A stretch of DNA of 20,000 nucleotides, taken from sequence record DRR723986_2444. One strand, 5' to 3'. This document shows positions 1 to 9,597 of the stretch, one piece after another. The translations under genes and the position numbers were made by a program. The stretch's first letter is position 1. Every line of letters starts with the position of its first letter. Below the pieces are notes generated by a model that was not told the DNA's origin, did no database searches, and saw only the letters and a program-made list of their open reading frames with translations.

Positions 1-611
1 TATTGCATCTTCTTGCCGGTGACTCGCCAGAAGCGAAGCAATTGCAGAAGCTTTATCATTTGTCCCTCCGAGAATCGGGCAGCGTTGCTGGTCGCGCGGC
101 AATAGGGTTGTCGATCCAGCCTAAAGACGTATACCGCCTTGGATACCGGCTCGCTCTGGATAAAGAAACGGGGTTGTTGTTGCGCTCTGAAATCGTTAAT
201 AAGCGCGGCAAGGTGCTTGAGCGCTTTGAGTATGTTGTGCTTGATCTCAGTTTTGATGAGGCAGCGCTTGAGCGCGATGAGTCACAGCTCATCGCACACC
301 CTCCCGTTGGCGAGCAAGGCAGCGTCCCAGAGGTTAACTGGCGCGTATCCTGGCTGCCTGATGGCTTTACGCCCTTGGCCGTTCGTGATCAGGCGCCGAG
401 CATCAGTTACACCGACGGTTTGGCGGTATTCACGGTTTTTGTTGAGTCCACCCAGGGTGCCGCGTCGCAGAGTGATAGCCATATGCGGCGAGGCGCGTCG
501 GTAAGTTACAGCACTACCCACAAATCGCGTGGCGTACGCGTGTCAGTGGTGGGTGAGATTCCCATGCTGACCGCGAGACAGGTAGCGCTCGGTGTGGAGT
601 GGCCTGAATAA
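1..611 (+). CDS. rseB: MucB/RseB anti-sigma-E periplasmic regulator, 5'-truncated by window edge
   Basis: Motifs 'GRAAIGLSIQPKDVYRLGYRLALDKETGLLLRSEIVN..G.VLERF', 'W...WLPDGF', 'YTDGLAVFTVFVE', 'VVGEIP..TA..VA' are typical of MucB/RseB; stop TAA overlaps the rseC ATG (TAATG, 609-613). Confidence 0.92.
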   Translation, partial: LHLLAGDSPEAKQLQKLYHLSLRESGSVAGRAAIGLSIQPKDVYRLGYRLALDKETGLLLRSEIVNKRGKVLERFEYVVLDLSFDEAALERDESQLIAHPPVGEQGSVPEVNWRVSWLPDGFTPLAVRDQAPSISYTDGLAVFTVFVESTQGAASQSDSHMRRGASVSYSTTHKSRGVRVSVVGEIPMLTARQVALGVEWPE

Positions 612-1090
612 TGATTTGTGAGCGCGGGCGTGTTGTTGCTGTGGAGACGTCGGCTCTGTGGGTAGAGACCGTGTCCCAAAGTAGCTGCGCCAGCTGCTCT
701 GCGAAGAAAGGTTGCGGGCAGGGGCTGATGAACAGTTTGCACGATGGTCGCCGCAATCAGTTGCGTATCGCGCTAAACGGGCTCCCCGCGAGTGACTACC
801 CCGTGGGTAGCGATGTGGATATCGCCATTCCCGAAGCAGCGTTAGTGGGTGGTGCGTTTATTGTCTACCTGCTGCCTTTGCTGAGTATGATCCTCGGTAT
901 GCTTGCTGGGAATAGTTTGTCGGGCAGTGAGAGCGTTGCTGCAGTGTCGGCACTGGTGGGATTTTTGCTGGGGCTGGGCGGTGTACGGGCCCACGCACTA
1001 TTGAGCCGAAACAGCGAGCGTTTTCAGCCCCGTTTAGTCGGGCATCATGGCCGAGCGTCCGCCGAGCCACTGCAGTTTTTCGAGCATTAA
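611..1090 (+). CDS. rseC: RseC/MucC family membrane protein
   Basis: 'MICERGRVV', C-x2-C-x5-C motif (SCASCSAKKGCG), 'YLLPL' followed by two hydrophobic helices; position directly after rseB. Confidence 0.93.
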   Translation: MICERGRVVAVETSALWVETVSQSSCASCSAKKGCGQGLMNSLHDGRRNQLRIALNGLPASDYPVGSDVDIAIPEAALVGGAFIVYLLPLLSMILGMLAGNSLSGSESVAAVSALVGFLLGLGGVRAHALLSRNSERFQPRLVGHHGRASAEPLQFFEH

Positions 1091-1123
1091 TAGGCATTTA
1101 GCCGCCTCCTGTGACAATACACA

Positions 1124-1160
1124 TAGCTTAGGTAGCGGGCTTTGCGATACAATCGCGCCT
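1124..1160 (+). promoter_or_regulatory. Putative sigma70 promoter for the lepA operon
   Basis: TAGCTT (1124-1129), 18 nt spacer, TACAAT (1148-1153), followed by GC-rich CGCGCC; about 50 nt upstream of the lepA GTG. Confidence 0.4.
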
Positions 1161-1200
1161 TTATTTTCCTCAATGGCTTTGTCCCGGGGTTCTGCCAAAC

Positions 1201-3000
1201 GTGCCTAGTCTCGACCTAATTCGTAACTTTTCTATTATTGCCCATATCGACCACGGAAAATCGACCCTGGCGGATCGTTTTATCCAGTATTGTGGTGGCC
1301 TTGCTGACCGTGAAATGGCCGAGCAAGTGCTCGACTCAATGGATATTGAGCGAGAGCGGGGTATCACTATCAAAGCGCAGAGCGTGACGCTCGATTACAC
1401 CGCGAAGGATGGGAATACCTATCAGCTCAATTTTATCGACACCCCCGGACATGTTGACTTCTCCTACGAGGTATCGCGCTCGTTAGCGGCATGTGAAGGC
1501 GCGCTCTTGGTGGTGGACGCCGCGCAGGGTGTTGAGGCGCAGTCGGTGGCAAATTGCTATACCGCGATAGAGCAGGGGCTCGAAGTACTGCCAATTTTGA
1601 ACAAAATGGATCTTCCACAGGCCGACCCTGACCGGGTAAAACAGGAAATCGAAGAAATTATCGGCGTGGATGCCAGCGAGGCAGTGCCGGTCAGTGCGAA
1701 ATCCGGAATGGGCATAGAGGATGCCTTAGAGCACTTAGTTGCCGCCATTCCCGCGCCCGAGGGGGACCCTGATGCCCCCTTGCAAGCCCTGATCATCGAT
1801 TCCTGGTTCGACAACTACCAAGGGGTTGTCTCCTTGGTGCGAGTGAAGAACGGCACCCTGCGTAAAGGCGATAAGGTCATCAGTAAGTCGCTGGGTAAAA
1901 CGCATTCCGTGGATGTCGTAGGGATATTCACGCCCAAGCAAACCAATACCGGTGTGCTCAAAGCCGGTGAAGTTGGCTTCCTTATCGCCGGCATTAAAGA
2001 TATTCACGGCGCGCCAGTGGGGGATACCTTCACGCACGCCAGTACACCTGATGTGGACGCGCTGCCCGGTTTTCAGAAAGTAAAGCCGCAGGTCTATGCC
2101 GGGATGTTCACGGTATCTACCGAAGACTACGAAGACTTTCGGGAGGCCTTAGGGAAGCTGACATTAAATGATGCTTCTTTGTTTTACGAGCCTGAAACAT
2201 CAGATGCCCTGGGTTTTGGTTTTCGCTGCGGCTTCCTCGGCACGCTGCATATGGAGATCATTCAAGAGCGCCTGGAGCGTGAATACGATATTGATCTGAT
2301 AACGACAGCGCCCACCGTAATTTATCAAGTGCTCAAGAAAAACGGCGAAGAGGTTATGGTTGATAACCCTTCCGCAATGCCTGACCCCGGCGAAGTTGAG
2401 GAAACCCGCGAACCGATCGCCAGGGTGAATATCTTGGTCCCGCAGGAACACCTCGGCAATGTGATGAGCCTGTGTTCGGAGAAGCGCGGCGTTCAGATTG
2501 ATATGCAGTTTTTGGGGCAGCAAGTATCGCTGACATGGGACATCCCAATGAGCGAAGTGGTGCTGGACTTCTTCGACCGGTTGAAGTCGGTGAGCCGTGG
2601 CTTTGCCTCGCTTGACTACAGTTTTGAACGCTTCGAAGCGGCGAACCTGGTCAAGCTCGATGTGCTGATAAATGGTGACCGTGTTGATGCGCTGGCGATG
2701 ATTGTCCATCGCGATTTCGCGCAGTCCCGCGGGCGGCTGTTAGTGGAAAAGATGAAAGAGCTTATTCCACGACAGATGTTTGACGTGGCAATTCAGGCGG
2801 CAATTGGTGGGCATGTTATTGCGCGCCAGACGGTAAAGGCGCTGCGTAAGAACGTAACTGCCAAGTGTTATGGTGGCGACGTATCGCGAAAGCGTAAACT
2901 GCTTGAGAAGCAAAAAGCAGGTAAAAAGCGGATGAAGCAAGTTGGGAATGTAGAGATTCCGCAGTCGGCATTTCTTGCCGTCTTAAAGGTAGATGGATAA
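1201..3000 (+). CDS. lepA: Translation elongation factor 4 (LepA)
   Basis: [42 protein letters not shown]-terminal [18 protein letters not shown]; 599 aa; GTG start. Confidence 0.99.
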   Translation: MPSLDLIRNFSIIAHIDHGKSTLADRFIQYCGGLADREMAEQVLDSMDIERERGITIKAQSVTLDYTAKDGNTYQLNFIDTPGHVDFSYEVSRSLAACEGALLVVDAAQGVEAQSVANCYTAIEQGLEVLPILNKMDLPQADPDRVKQEIEEIIGVDASEAVPVSAKSGMGIEDALEHLVAAIPAPEGDPDAPLQALIIDSWFDNYQGVVSLVRVKNGTLRKGDKVISKSLGKTHSVDVVGIFTPKQTNTGVLKAGEVGFLIAGIKDIHGAPVGDTFTHASTPDVDALPGFQKVKPQVYAGMFTVSTEDYEDFREALGKLTLNDASLFYEPETSDALGFGFRCGFLGTLHMEIIQERLEREYDIDLITTAPTVIYQVLKKNGEEVMVDNPSAMPDPGEVEETREPIARVNILVPQEHLGNVMSLCSEKRGVQIDMQFLGQQVSLTWDIPMSEVVLDFFDRLKSVSRGFASLDYSFERFEAANLVKLDVLINGDRVDALAMIVHRDFAQSRGRLLVEKMKELIPRQMFDVAIQAAIGGHVIARQTVKALRKNVTAKCYGGDVSRKRKLLEKQKAGKKRMKQVGNVEIPQSAFLAVLKVDG

Positions 3001-3015
3001 GGGGTATATGGCCAC

Positions 3016-4071
3016 ATGGTTAATTTGATCTTACTGTTCGTCGCGGCGACGTCGCTGTGTGTGTGGCTACTTCAGGAAATCAAAGGGCGTCGGCAGATGC
3101 AAACCGCATTGCAGTGGTGTGCCGAGAAAAAAACCGCTAGCGATGCGGTGGCCCTGCGCCGTCAGGTTGTGCCCGCTTGGGTCGAGTGGAGCTATCGGTT
3201 GGTATCGGCACTGTGGCTGCTCTGGGTTGCCAGTGTTGTGCTGATTAAAGATGGCGATTTTGCACTGGCCCTGGTGGTGCTCACCGCGCTGGCAGGAGTG
3301 ATTGCTGGCCTTGATCGCTTTGTTTTTGAAAAGGGCCGTCAGGCCTATGTTAACGCCGGCAAAATCGCCGTTTACATTACCTACTTTGTTAAGCAGGAGC
3401 AGGAGAACCTAAAGCGGGAATTTGGCGGGATGTTGCCGATCGCCGAGAATGCGCGGTCATTTTTCCCCGTGCTGCTCGTGGTATTGGTATTGCGCTCGTT
3501 TGTCGTTGAGCCGTTTCAAATTCCCTCCGCGTCGATGGTTCCCAGTCTCGAAGTTGGCGATTACATCCTGGTCAATAAGTTTAACTATGGGTTGCGCCTG
3601 CCGGTTGTCGGTACAAAAATTTTAGAAGTGGGCGAGCCCGAGCGCGGCGATGTTATGGTTTTCTTCCCTCCTGGTGATAGCCGCTACTTTATCAAGCGCG
3701 TCGTGGGTTTGCCTGGCGATAAACTGCGTTATGTTAATAAAAAGCTCTATGTGAATGACGAGTTAGTGCCCCATACCCTGGTGGCTGAAGTTCCGCCCTT
3801 GCAGCCTGTTACCCAGGTGGTTCGCGAGCAGCTCGGTAGTGTAGAGCACCTGATTCATCACGATAAACGCATTTATCGCGGTGATTTTGAAACAACGGTA
3901 AAACCCGGTCATTACTTTATGATGGGTGATAATCGCGACAACAGCAGTGATAGCCGAGTTTGGGGACAGGTTCCTGAGAAGAATATCGTCGGTCAGGCGT
4001 TTGCAATCTGGATGCACTGGCAATCCTTCTCTCAGCTACCCAGCTTTGATCGCGTTGGCCAAATACGTTAA
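3016..4071 (+). CDS. lepB: Signal peptidase I with ~80 aa N-terminal membrane extension
   Basis: RSFVVEPFQIPSASM (catalytic Ser173), YFIKRVVGLPGD (catalytic Lys), GDNRDNSSDSR; follows lepA. Confidence 0.97.
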   Translation: MVNLILLFVAATSLCVWLLQEIKGRRQMQTALQWCAEKKTASDAVALRRQVVPAWVEWSYRLVSALWLLWVASVVLIKDGDFALALVVLTALAGVIAGLDRFVFEKGRQAYVNAGKIAVYITYFVKQEQENLKREFGGMLPIAENARSFFPVLLVVLVLRSFVVEPFQIPSASMVPSLEVGDYILVNKFNYGLRLPVVGTKILEVGEPERGDVMVFFPPGDSRYFIKRVVGLPGDKLRYVNKKLYVNDELVPHTLVAEVPPLQPVTQVVREQLGSVEHLIHHDKRIYRGDFETTVKPGHYFMMGDNRDNSSDSRVWGQVPEKNIVGQAFAIWMHWQSFSQLPSFDRVGQIR

Positions 4072-4090
4072 CGGTGCACAGGAGATAATA

Positions 4091-4456
4091 ATGAAAAATC
4101 AGCAGGGCATTGGCCTACTATCCTTTGTCATCATCGTCGGTGTTGCCATGGTTTTGGGAACGATGGCAATTCGTCTCGCCCCCTTATACGTTGATTACTG
4201 GTCGCTCAGTCGTGTTATCAGTGACGTGGCCGAAGAGAGTAAAGGTGCCGAAGTGACGCCTGCACAGATTCGTCAAAAGCTGTCGCGCAGGTTTATTACA
4301 AACCGGATCGAATCGATATCTTTGCGCGATATTAAGATCAAAAATAACGACGAGGGTGTGCTGATTGATGCCACCTACGAGAAACGCGTGCCGCTATTCA
4401 TCAATATTGACGCTGTCGTTAAGTTTGAAGACGCGCTTTTTCAGGTTGAACGCTAA
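4091..4456 (+). CDS. DUF4845-like single-pass membrane protein (121 aa)
   Basis: AGGAG RBS at 4080-4084, ATG 4091; pilin-like N-terminus MKNQQGIGLLSF plus hydrophobic stretch, C-terminal YEKRVPLFINIDAVVKF; occupies the usual lepB-rnc slot. Confidence 0.85.
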   Translation: MKNQQGIGLLSFVIIVGVAMVLGTMAIRLAPLYVDYWSLSRVISDVAEESKGAEVTPAQIRQKLSRRFITNRIESISLRDIKIKNNDEGVLIDATYEKRVPLFINIDAVVKFEDALFQVER

Positions 4457-4461
4457 CTGGT

Positions 4462-5130
4462 ATGCCGACACTTTCCGATGTGCTGGGATACGCTTTTAAT
4501 GACGACGCCTTGTTAACGCAGGCGCTGACTCACCGAAGCCTCAGCGCTGATCACAACGAGCGACTGGAGTTTCTTGGCGATTCGTTGCTGAATATGATCG
4601 TTAGTGATTTTTTGTACCGTCGTTTTCCAAATTTGGATGAGGGCGAGTTGAGTAGAATTCGCGCCTCGTTAGTGAGTGGAAAGGCCCTGGCGGCTGTCGC
4701 TGCTGAACTGAATCTCGGAGAGCACCTTCTGTTGGGAAGCGGCGAGCGCAACAGCGGCGGTAAGCGGCGCAGCTCCATCCTTGCGGATACTGTTGAGGCC
4801 ATTCTCGGTGCGATCTATCTCGATGGGGGCATGGCGTCGTGTCAGGCCTGTGTCCATCGTTGGTTTGCCGGCCGACTGGAGAGTATTGATCCCACCGCGA
4901 GTCACAAAGACGCTAAAACGCGGCTACAAGAATATTTGCAGGCGAGAAAGCAGCCCTTGCCGCAATACCGCCTCTGCTCGACAGAGGGTAAGTCTCATCA
5001 GCAGGCCTTTACTGTCGCATGTAAGGTAACGCTGCTGAACGGGGAAGTTGTGGCAACGGCAAGTAGTCGACGCAAGGCAGAGCAAGCTGCAGCAGAGCAA
5101 GTGCTGGCGCGGCTGGAGAAGCAAGCATGA
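4462..5130 (+). CDS. rnc: Ribonuclease III
   Basis: [16 protein letters not shown] signature, [15 protein letters not shown]-terminal dsRBD ([11 protein letters not shown]...[10 protein letters not shown]). Confidence 0.99.
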   Translation: MPTLSDVLGYAFNDDALLTQALTHRSLSADHNERLEFLGDSLLNMIVSDFLYRRFPNLDEGELSRIRASLVSGKALAAVAAELNLGEHLLLGSGERNSGGKRRSSILADTVEAILGAIYLDGGMASCQACVHRWFAGRLESIDPTASHKDAKTRLQEYLQARKQPLPQYRLCSTEGKSHQQAFTVACKVTLLNGEVVATASSRRKAEQAAAEQVLARLEKQA

Positions 5131-6038
5131 AACACCAGAATGAGAGCGGCACACGCTGTGGTTATGTGGCAATTGTTGGCCGCCCGAATGTGGGTAAATC
5201 CACGCTACTTAACCATATTCTCGGTCAAAAACTGAGTATCACGTCAAGAAAGCCCCAAACGACGCGCCACCAGCTGCTGGGGATTAAAACTGAGGGTGAT
5301 ACGCAGGCGATCTATGTCGACACCCCCGGTCTGCATTTGCGCGACGAAAAGGCGATTAATCGCTACATGAATCGGGCTGCCAGCTCTGCTCTGAAAGATG
5401 TTGATCTGGTGCTTTTTCTGGTAGATCGCGATCGCTGGACCGATGAAGACGACCTTGTTTTAGAGAAAGTGAAGCAGGTCGACTGCCCGGTCTTGCTGGT
5501 GGTAAACAAGATCGATCGGCTTAACGACAAATCGGAATTACTGCCACTGCTGGAACAGCTTGCCGAGAAGCACAGTTTTACGGAAATTGTGCCTGTCTCG
5601 GCATTGCGCGGCCACAACCGCGATGATCTTGAGGCCGTTATTGAACGCTACCTTCCAGAGGGGATACACCTCTTCCCTGAGGATCAGGTAACCGATCGCA
5701 GTGAGCGTTTTCTTGCGGCAGAGCTTGTTCGTGAAAAGATTATGCGTCAGCTGGGGGAGGAAGTGCCCTATGCGATGACGGTCGAAATTGAGGAATTCAA
5801 GGTATCGCCGCGCCTGATAGAGATCAGCGCACTGATACTGGTAGAGCGCCAAGGGCAAAAGAAAATACTGATCGGTGAGAAGGGGAGTCGTCTCAGGCAG
5901 ATTGGTACAGAGGCGCGCAAGGATATGGAGCGCGCGTTCGACAGCAAGGTCATGTTGCGCTTATGGGTGAAAGTGAAATCTGGCTGGTCCGACGATGAGC
6001 GCGCCCTACGCAGCCTCGGTTATAACGATTTCGAGTAG
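5127..6038 (+). CDS. era: GTPase Era
   Basis: [24 protein letters not shown] domain (LIGEKG, LWVKVK); ATGA overlap with rnc. Confidence 0.99.
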   Translation: MKHQNESGTRCGYVAIVGRPNVGKSTLLNHILGQKLSITSRKPQTTRHQLLGIKTEGDTQAIYVDTPGLHLRDEKAINRYMNRAASSALKDVDLVLFLVDRDRWTDEDDLVLEKVKQVDCPVLLVVNKIDRLNDKSELLPLLEQLAEKHSFTEIVPVSALRGHNRDDLEAVIERYLPEGIHLFPEDQVTDRSERFLAAELVREKIMRQLGEEVPYAMTVEIEEFKVSPRLIEISALILVERQGQKKILIGEKGSRLRQIGTEARKDMERAFDSKVMLRLWVKVKSGWSDDERALRSLGYNDFE

Positions 6039-6041
6039 ACC

Positions 6042-6749
6042 ATGAGTGCGCGTATAGAGGGGCAGCCCGCATACGTGTTACATCTTCGCGCCTATCGTGA
6101 TAGCAGTGCGATCATCGATCTATTCAGCCGCGACTATGGCTATCTAAGCGTCGTAGCCAAGGGACTTAAATCGTCGAGCAAGAGCCGCCAGCAATGGCGC
6201 GCGGCCTTGCAGCCTGGCAATCTTATTCAGGTCTCCTGGCAGGGGCGCAGTGAGTTAAAGACCTTAGTTGATGCGCAGCTGAACAGCACGTTTCCACTGC
6301 GCGGCAACGCGCTGTACTGCGCTTTCTACATCAACGAGTTATTGGGAAGATTGCTGCAACCTTTTGACCCCCAGGCGGAAGTTTTCAAGTTGTACGGCCG
6401 CTCTTTGCTGGAGCTGTCCTCAGGGAGCCATGTTGAACCCATACTGCGCAGCTTTGAGCTAACTTTACTTACCGAGCTGGGCTACGGTGTCGACTTCTCG
6501 CCCATTGAAAGCGCCCCCGAGGCCTATTTTATCTACGACCCGGAGCACGGCTTTTGCCAGGTATCGGCGTCGATGGACCCTCACCAGAAAGCGTTTTCCG
6601 GCCATCTATTGCAGCAGTTAGCGCGTGCCGATTGGGACGCCGACACGCTTAAAGTAGCGAAGCGCCTCAACCGGCTTATCCTTGCGCCCCTGTTGGGGGA
6701 CCGGCCACTGAACAGTCGAAAACTGTTTCTCCGGCAGTACTCGGACTAA
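6042..6749 (+). CDS. recO: DNA repair protein RecO
   Basis: AYVLH.R.YRDSS, YINELL.RLL, LR.FE..LL.ELGYG, C-terminal PL.SR.LF; rnc-era-recO synteny. Confidence 0.97.
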   Translation: MSARIEGQPAYVLHLRAYRDSSAIIDLFSRDYGYLSVVAKGLKSSSKSRQQWRAALQPGNLIQVSWQGRSELKTLVDAQLNSTFPLRGNALYCAFYINELLGRLLQPFDPQAEVFKLYGRSLLELSSGSHVEPILRSFELTLLTELGYGVDFSPIESAPEAYFIYDPEHGFCQVSASMDPHQKAFSGHLLQQLARADWDADTLKVAKRLNRLILAPLLGDRPLNSRKLFLRQYSD

Positions 6750-6762
6750 ATCGCCGGCGCTG

Positions 6763-9442
6763 TTAGTCGAATAGGGCATCCAGCTCGTGTTCTTCGCGCC
6801 ATGCCAGCAATTCGTCTATTCGCGTAATCACTGCGGTGAAGAGCGGTTGCTGAGGTGGCTTCTGGGCAGATAAATCGGCCTCCAATTCACAGACGGCTTG
6901 CTTGAGAAGTGGGACGCCGGTGTAGCAACAATTCCCTTTCAAACCGTGATTGAGTTCGGTCAGCGTATCCCACTCCTTGCTATCGAAGGCCTGTGTGAGC
7001 TGACTACGCAAACCTGGCAGTTCATCGAGCAGCATTGAGAGCATGTTTTTTGCCAGCGTAGGGCGCTGTTTGGACAGTGATAAGCACTGTTTAAGGTCCA
7101 CGGGCCTGGATTGCTCCTCGGCGTCGGCGTCTGCCTCAGGCGCGTGTGCGTCGGTTGGCGGCAGGTCACAGGAAGGGGCCAGGTAGTGTTGCAAAATATT
7201 GGTGAGCTGCTGCTCATTTACCGGTTTGCTAAGGTATTTATCGATGCCGGCATCGCGCAGCTGTGAGGGGTTTTCCGGTGCGAGGTAGGCCGACAGCGCC
7301 ACAATTGGGGTGTGTTGGTTCTTTCCGCGCTGGCGTATCTGGCGGCTTGCGGCAATGCCGTCCAGCTGTGGCATCTGGATGTCGATAAATATCAAGTCGA
7401 AACACTGCTCCTGGCAATGGCTGACTGCTTCCACGCCATTTTGAGCGCTGACGGGGCTGATGCCGGCATCTTCCAGAAAGGTGGAGAGTATGAGCAGGTT
7501 AGACGGGTTGTCATCAACGATGAGCACTTGGCTATTGCGAAAATGTCGGTTGTTGAGTTGGTTATCATCGCTCAGGCCCGTATTCAGCGCGTCAAAAAGA
7601 CGAACATGAGAAACCGGCTTGCTGAGCCAGACATTATTGTCTTGTGGGTGTTCCTCGCTGTGGTAGCTCAAAACCACGCAGGCGCCGTCGCGATGAATCG
7701 TGGGTAGCGGTTGGCAGCTCTCCTCTGCATCCAAGCTCAGAATGCAGTGATCTGCCTGGGTATTAATATCATCAATTCCCTGGCAGAGCTGCACGTTCAT
7801 GCCCCAGCCTTCGAGCAGGTCGCAAATGGCGAGGCCGTATAATGGGCTGCTGTCATACAAGGCAACTGTACTACCCTGTAGGGATTGGAAGTCACGCATT
7901 TGCATCGCATTGTGATCAATTGCCAAGCGCAGACTAAACCAAAAGGTAGAGCCGTGTCCGAGCTCGCTTTCTACGCCGATTTCGCCGCCCATCTCCTTAA
8001 CCAGGCCTTGAACAATGACTAGTCCCAGCCCGGTGCCGCCATATTGACGAGTGACAGATGCATCGCCTTGGCCAAAGTCTCGGAAGATATGCTTGCGCTG
8101 CTCTGCGCTCATACCAATGCCGCTGTCAGTGACCTTGAAGGTCAGTGTTGCGTAATCGTCGTCCCGCTCGCTACAGGAGATATCGACGCGAACGGTTCCG
8201 GTTGGGGTGAATTTAATCGCATTGCTAACTAAGTTCGTCAGCATTTGCCGGAGTCGGAGGGAGTCGCTGAGGATTGCCTCAGGGGTGTCTTTCTCGACAA
8301 ACAGTGCAAGGTCGAGACGCTTCTCCGCTGCGCCGGGAGCGAGCATGATCAAGGTATCTTCAGCAAGTTCGCGGAGTTGCACTGGGGCTTTATCGAACAC
8401 CAGCTTCCCAGCCTCAAGCTTGGAGAAGTCGAGAATATCGTTGATGATGGTGAGTAGGTTAACGGCGCTGTTGCGGATGGTCTCTACCGCTTCGCGCTGT
8501 CGCCCGCGAATATCCGCCTTGAGAAGAATATTACTGAAACCCAGAATACTGTTCAGAGGTGTGCGAATTTCATGGCTGGTATTGGCGAGAAATTCCGATT
8601 TAACTCGGCTTGCAGTGACGGCTTCGCGCCTAGCTAGGTCAAGCTCGATATTCTGTATTTCAAGCGTTTCTAAGGTTTCACGTAAGTCGCTGTTGGACTG
8701 TTCGAGGTTGAGTTGCAGCTCCTTTAGCTCCCTTACCTGCGCCGCGTTCAGTTCATTGAGATCCTCGGCTAGCTCACTGAATTCGTCGCCACCGGGAACA
8801 TGAATGTGCAAGTCTCTCTGGCCGCTGGTGAGTTGCCATCCGCAGAATTTGTAAGTCGCGGCCGATGTTGTGATTGATATAACTAAAAAACAAGATACAA
8901 ACGAGGACGCTGAGGCCCAGGAAAATCGCCGCGGCGAGGTAGCTCTGGTACTTCATTAGCTCGTATTGGTGCCAGCCATAGCTCATTTGCACCCAGCCGA
9001 GGTGGCCATCTGCATCGGTCTGATGGCCCTCTGCAGATAGCGGTGCATGAATCGCCCACGTAATTTGGAGATCATCGGCTTGATCCATGACCTTAAAGGG
9101 CATAAACCGGCTCAATCCCTCGACATTGGGCGGTGGCGTTCCGGGGCCTGCGTGCGAGATGAGTTCGAGGTCGCTATTGTAGATACTCACCGCGCGTACA
9201 CCGGGCTCCTCAAGCGCCGTATGTAGAATATAGGCCAGCGTATCTTCGTGGTGGTCCTGCATCATATGGCTAGAGACAACACTCAGCTGCTGGGCGGCGG
9301 ATTTGGCACGCTGAGTAAGCAGCTCTCTGCTGTCTGCCAGTTGCTGTTGAGTCAGGTAGGCACTGAAACCCACCGAAATGAGAAGTACGGGCAGTAGCCC
9401 CATGATCAAGATAAGCCGTTTAAATCCGTATCGCCTGCGCAT
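6763..9442 (-). pseudogene. gacS: BarA/GacS hybrid sensor histidine kinase, frameshifted in the HAMP domain near 8825-8839 (fragments 9442-8774 and ~8835-6763)
   Basis: N-fragment: TM, periplasmic domain (LEEPGVRAVSIY, LGWVQM), TM. C-fragment: HAMP (DEFSELAEDLN), H-box EFLANTSHEIRTPLN, HATPase (NLVSNAIKFT, DSGIGM, GGTGLGL), degenerate REC, REC (VLIVDDN, DLIFIDIQMP), Hpt (HGLKG). Span 2680 nt is not a multiple of 3; location next to cysM-relA matches gacS/barA. Confidence 0.9.
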
Positions 9443-9464
9443 GTGAACTGGAGCCTATGACTAG

Positions 9465-9485
9465 GGCAGTGGTATTATCACTGCC
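9465..9485. promoter_or_regulatory. Inverted repeat in the gacS/cysM divergent intergenic region
   Basis: GGCAGTG-GTATTAT-CACTGCC with perfect 7-bp arms, 22 nt upstream of the gacS start; the minus strand contains -10-like GATAAT. Confidence 0.4.
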
Positions 9486-9597
9486 AAAAGTTTACGCGGT
9501 TGCCATCCTGTGGCCGCTTTATCACTGAAGCCTATAGCAGCTGGGGCAACGATTTCCCCTGCTGCGCTGCTGAAGTCGGCTTGAGGTCTCTACTGCA

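Noticed and set aside
3008-3028. Tiny out-of-frame ORF MATWLI overlapping the lepB start
   Set aside because: ATG is only ~3 nt from the AAGGGG SD-like sequence, too close for efficient initiation; likely chance.
3926-4090. Longer 176-aa start for the DUF4845 ORF
   Set aside because: Overlaps lepB; a strong RBS and pilin-like N-terminus support ATG 4091.
8207-8803. 198-aa + strand ORF antisense to gacS, and similar overlapping ORFs across lepA, cysM, relA and thrS
   Set aside because: Antisense or alternate-frame shadows of conserved genes with no motifs or RBS.
8885-8890. T6 homopolymer (minus strand) as the site of the gacS frameshift
   Set aside because: Shifting here gives LVISITTSAATYKFCGWQLTSG, which fits a HAMP helix worse than YINHNIGRDLQILRMATHQLTSG; kept only as the less likely alternative.
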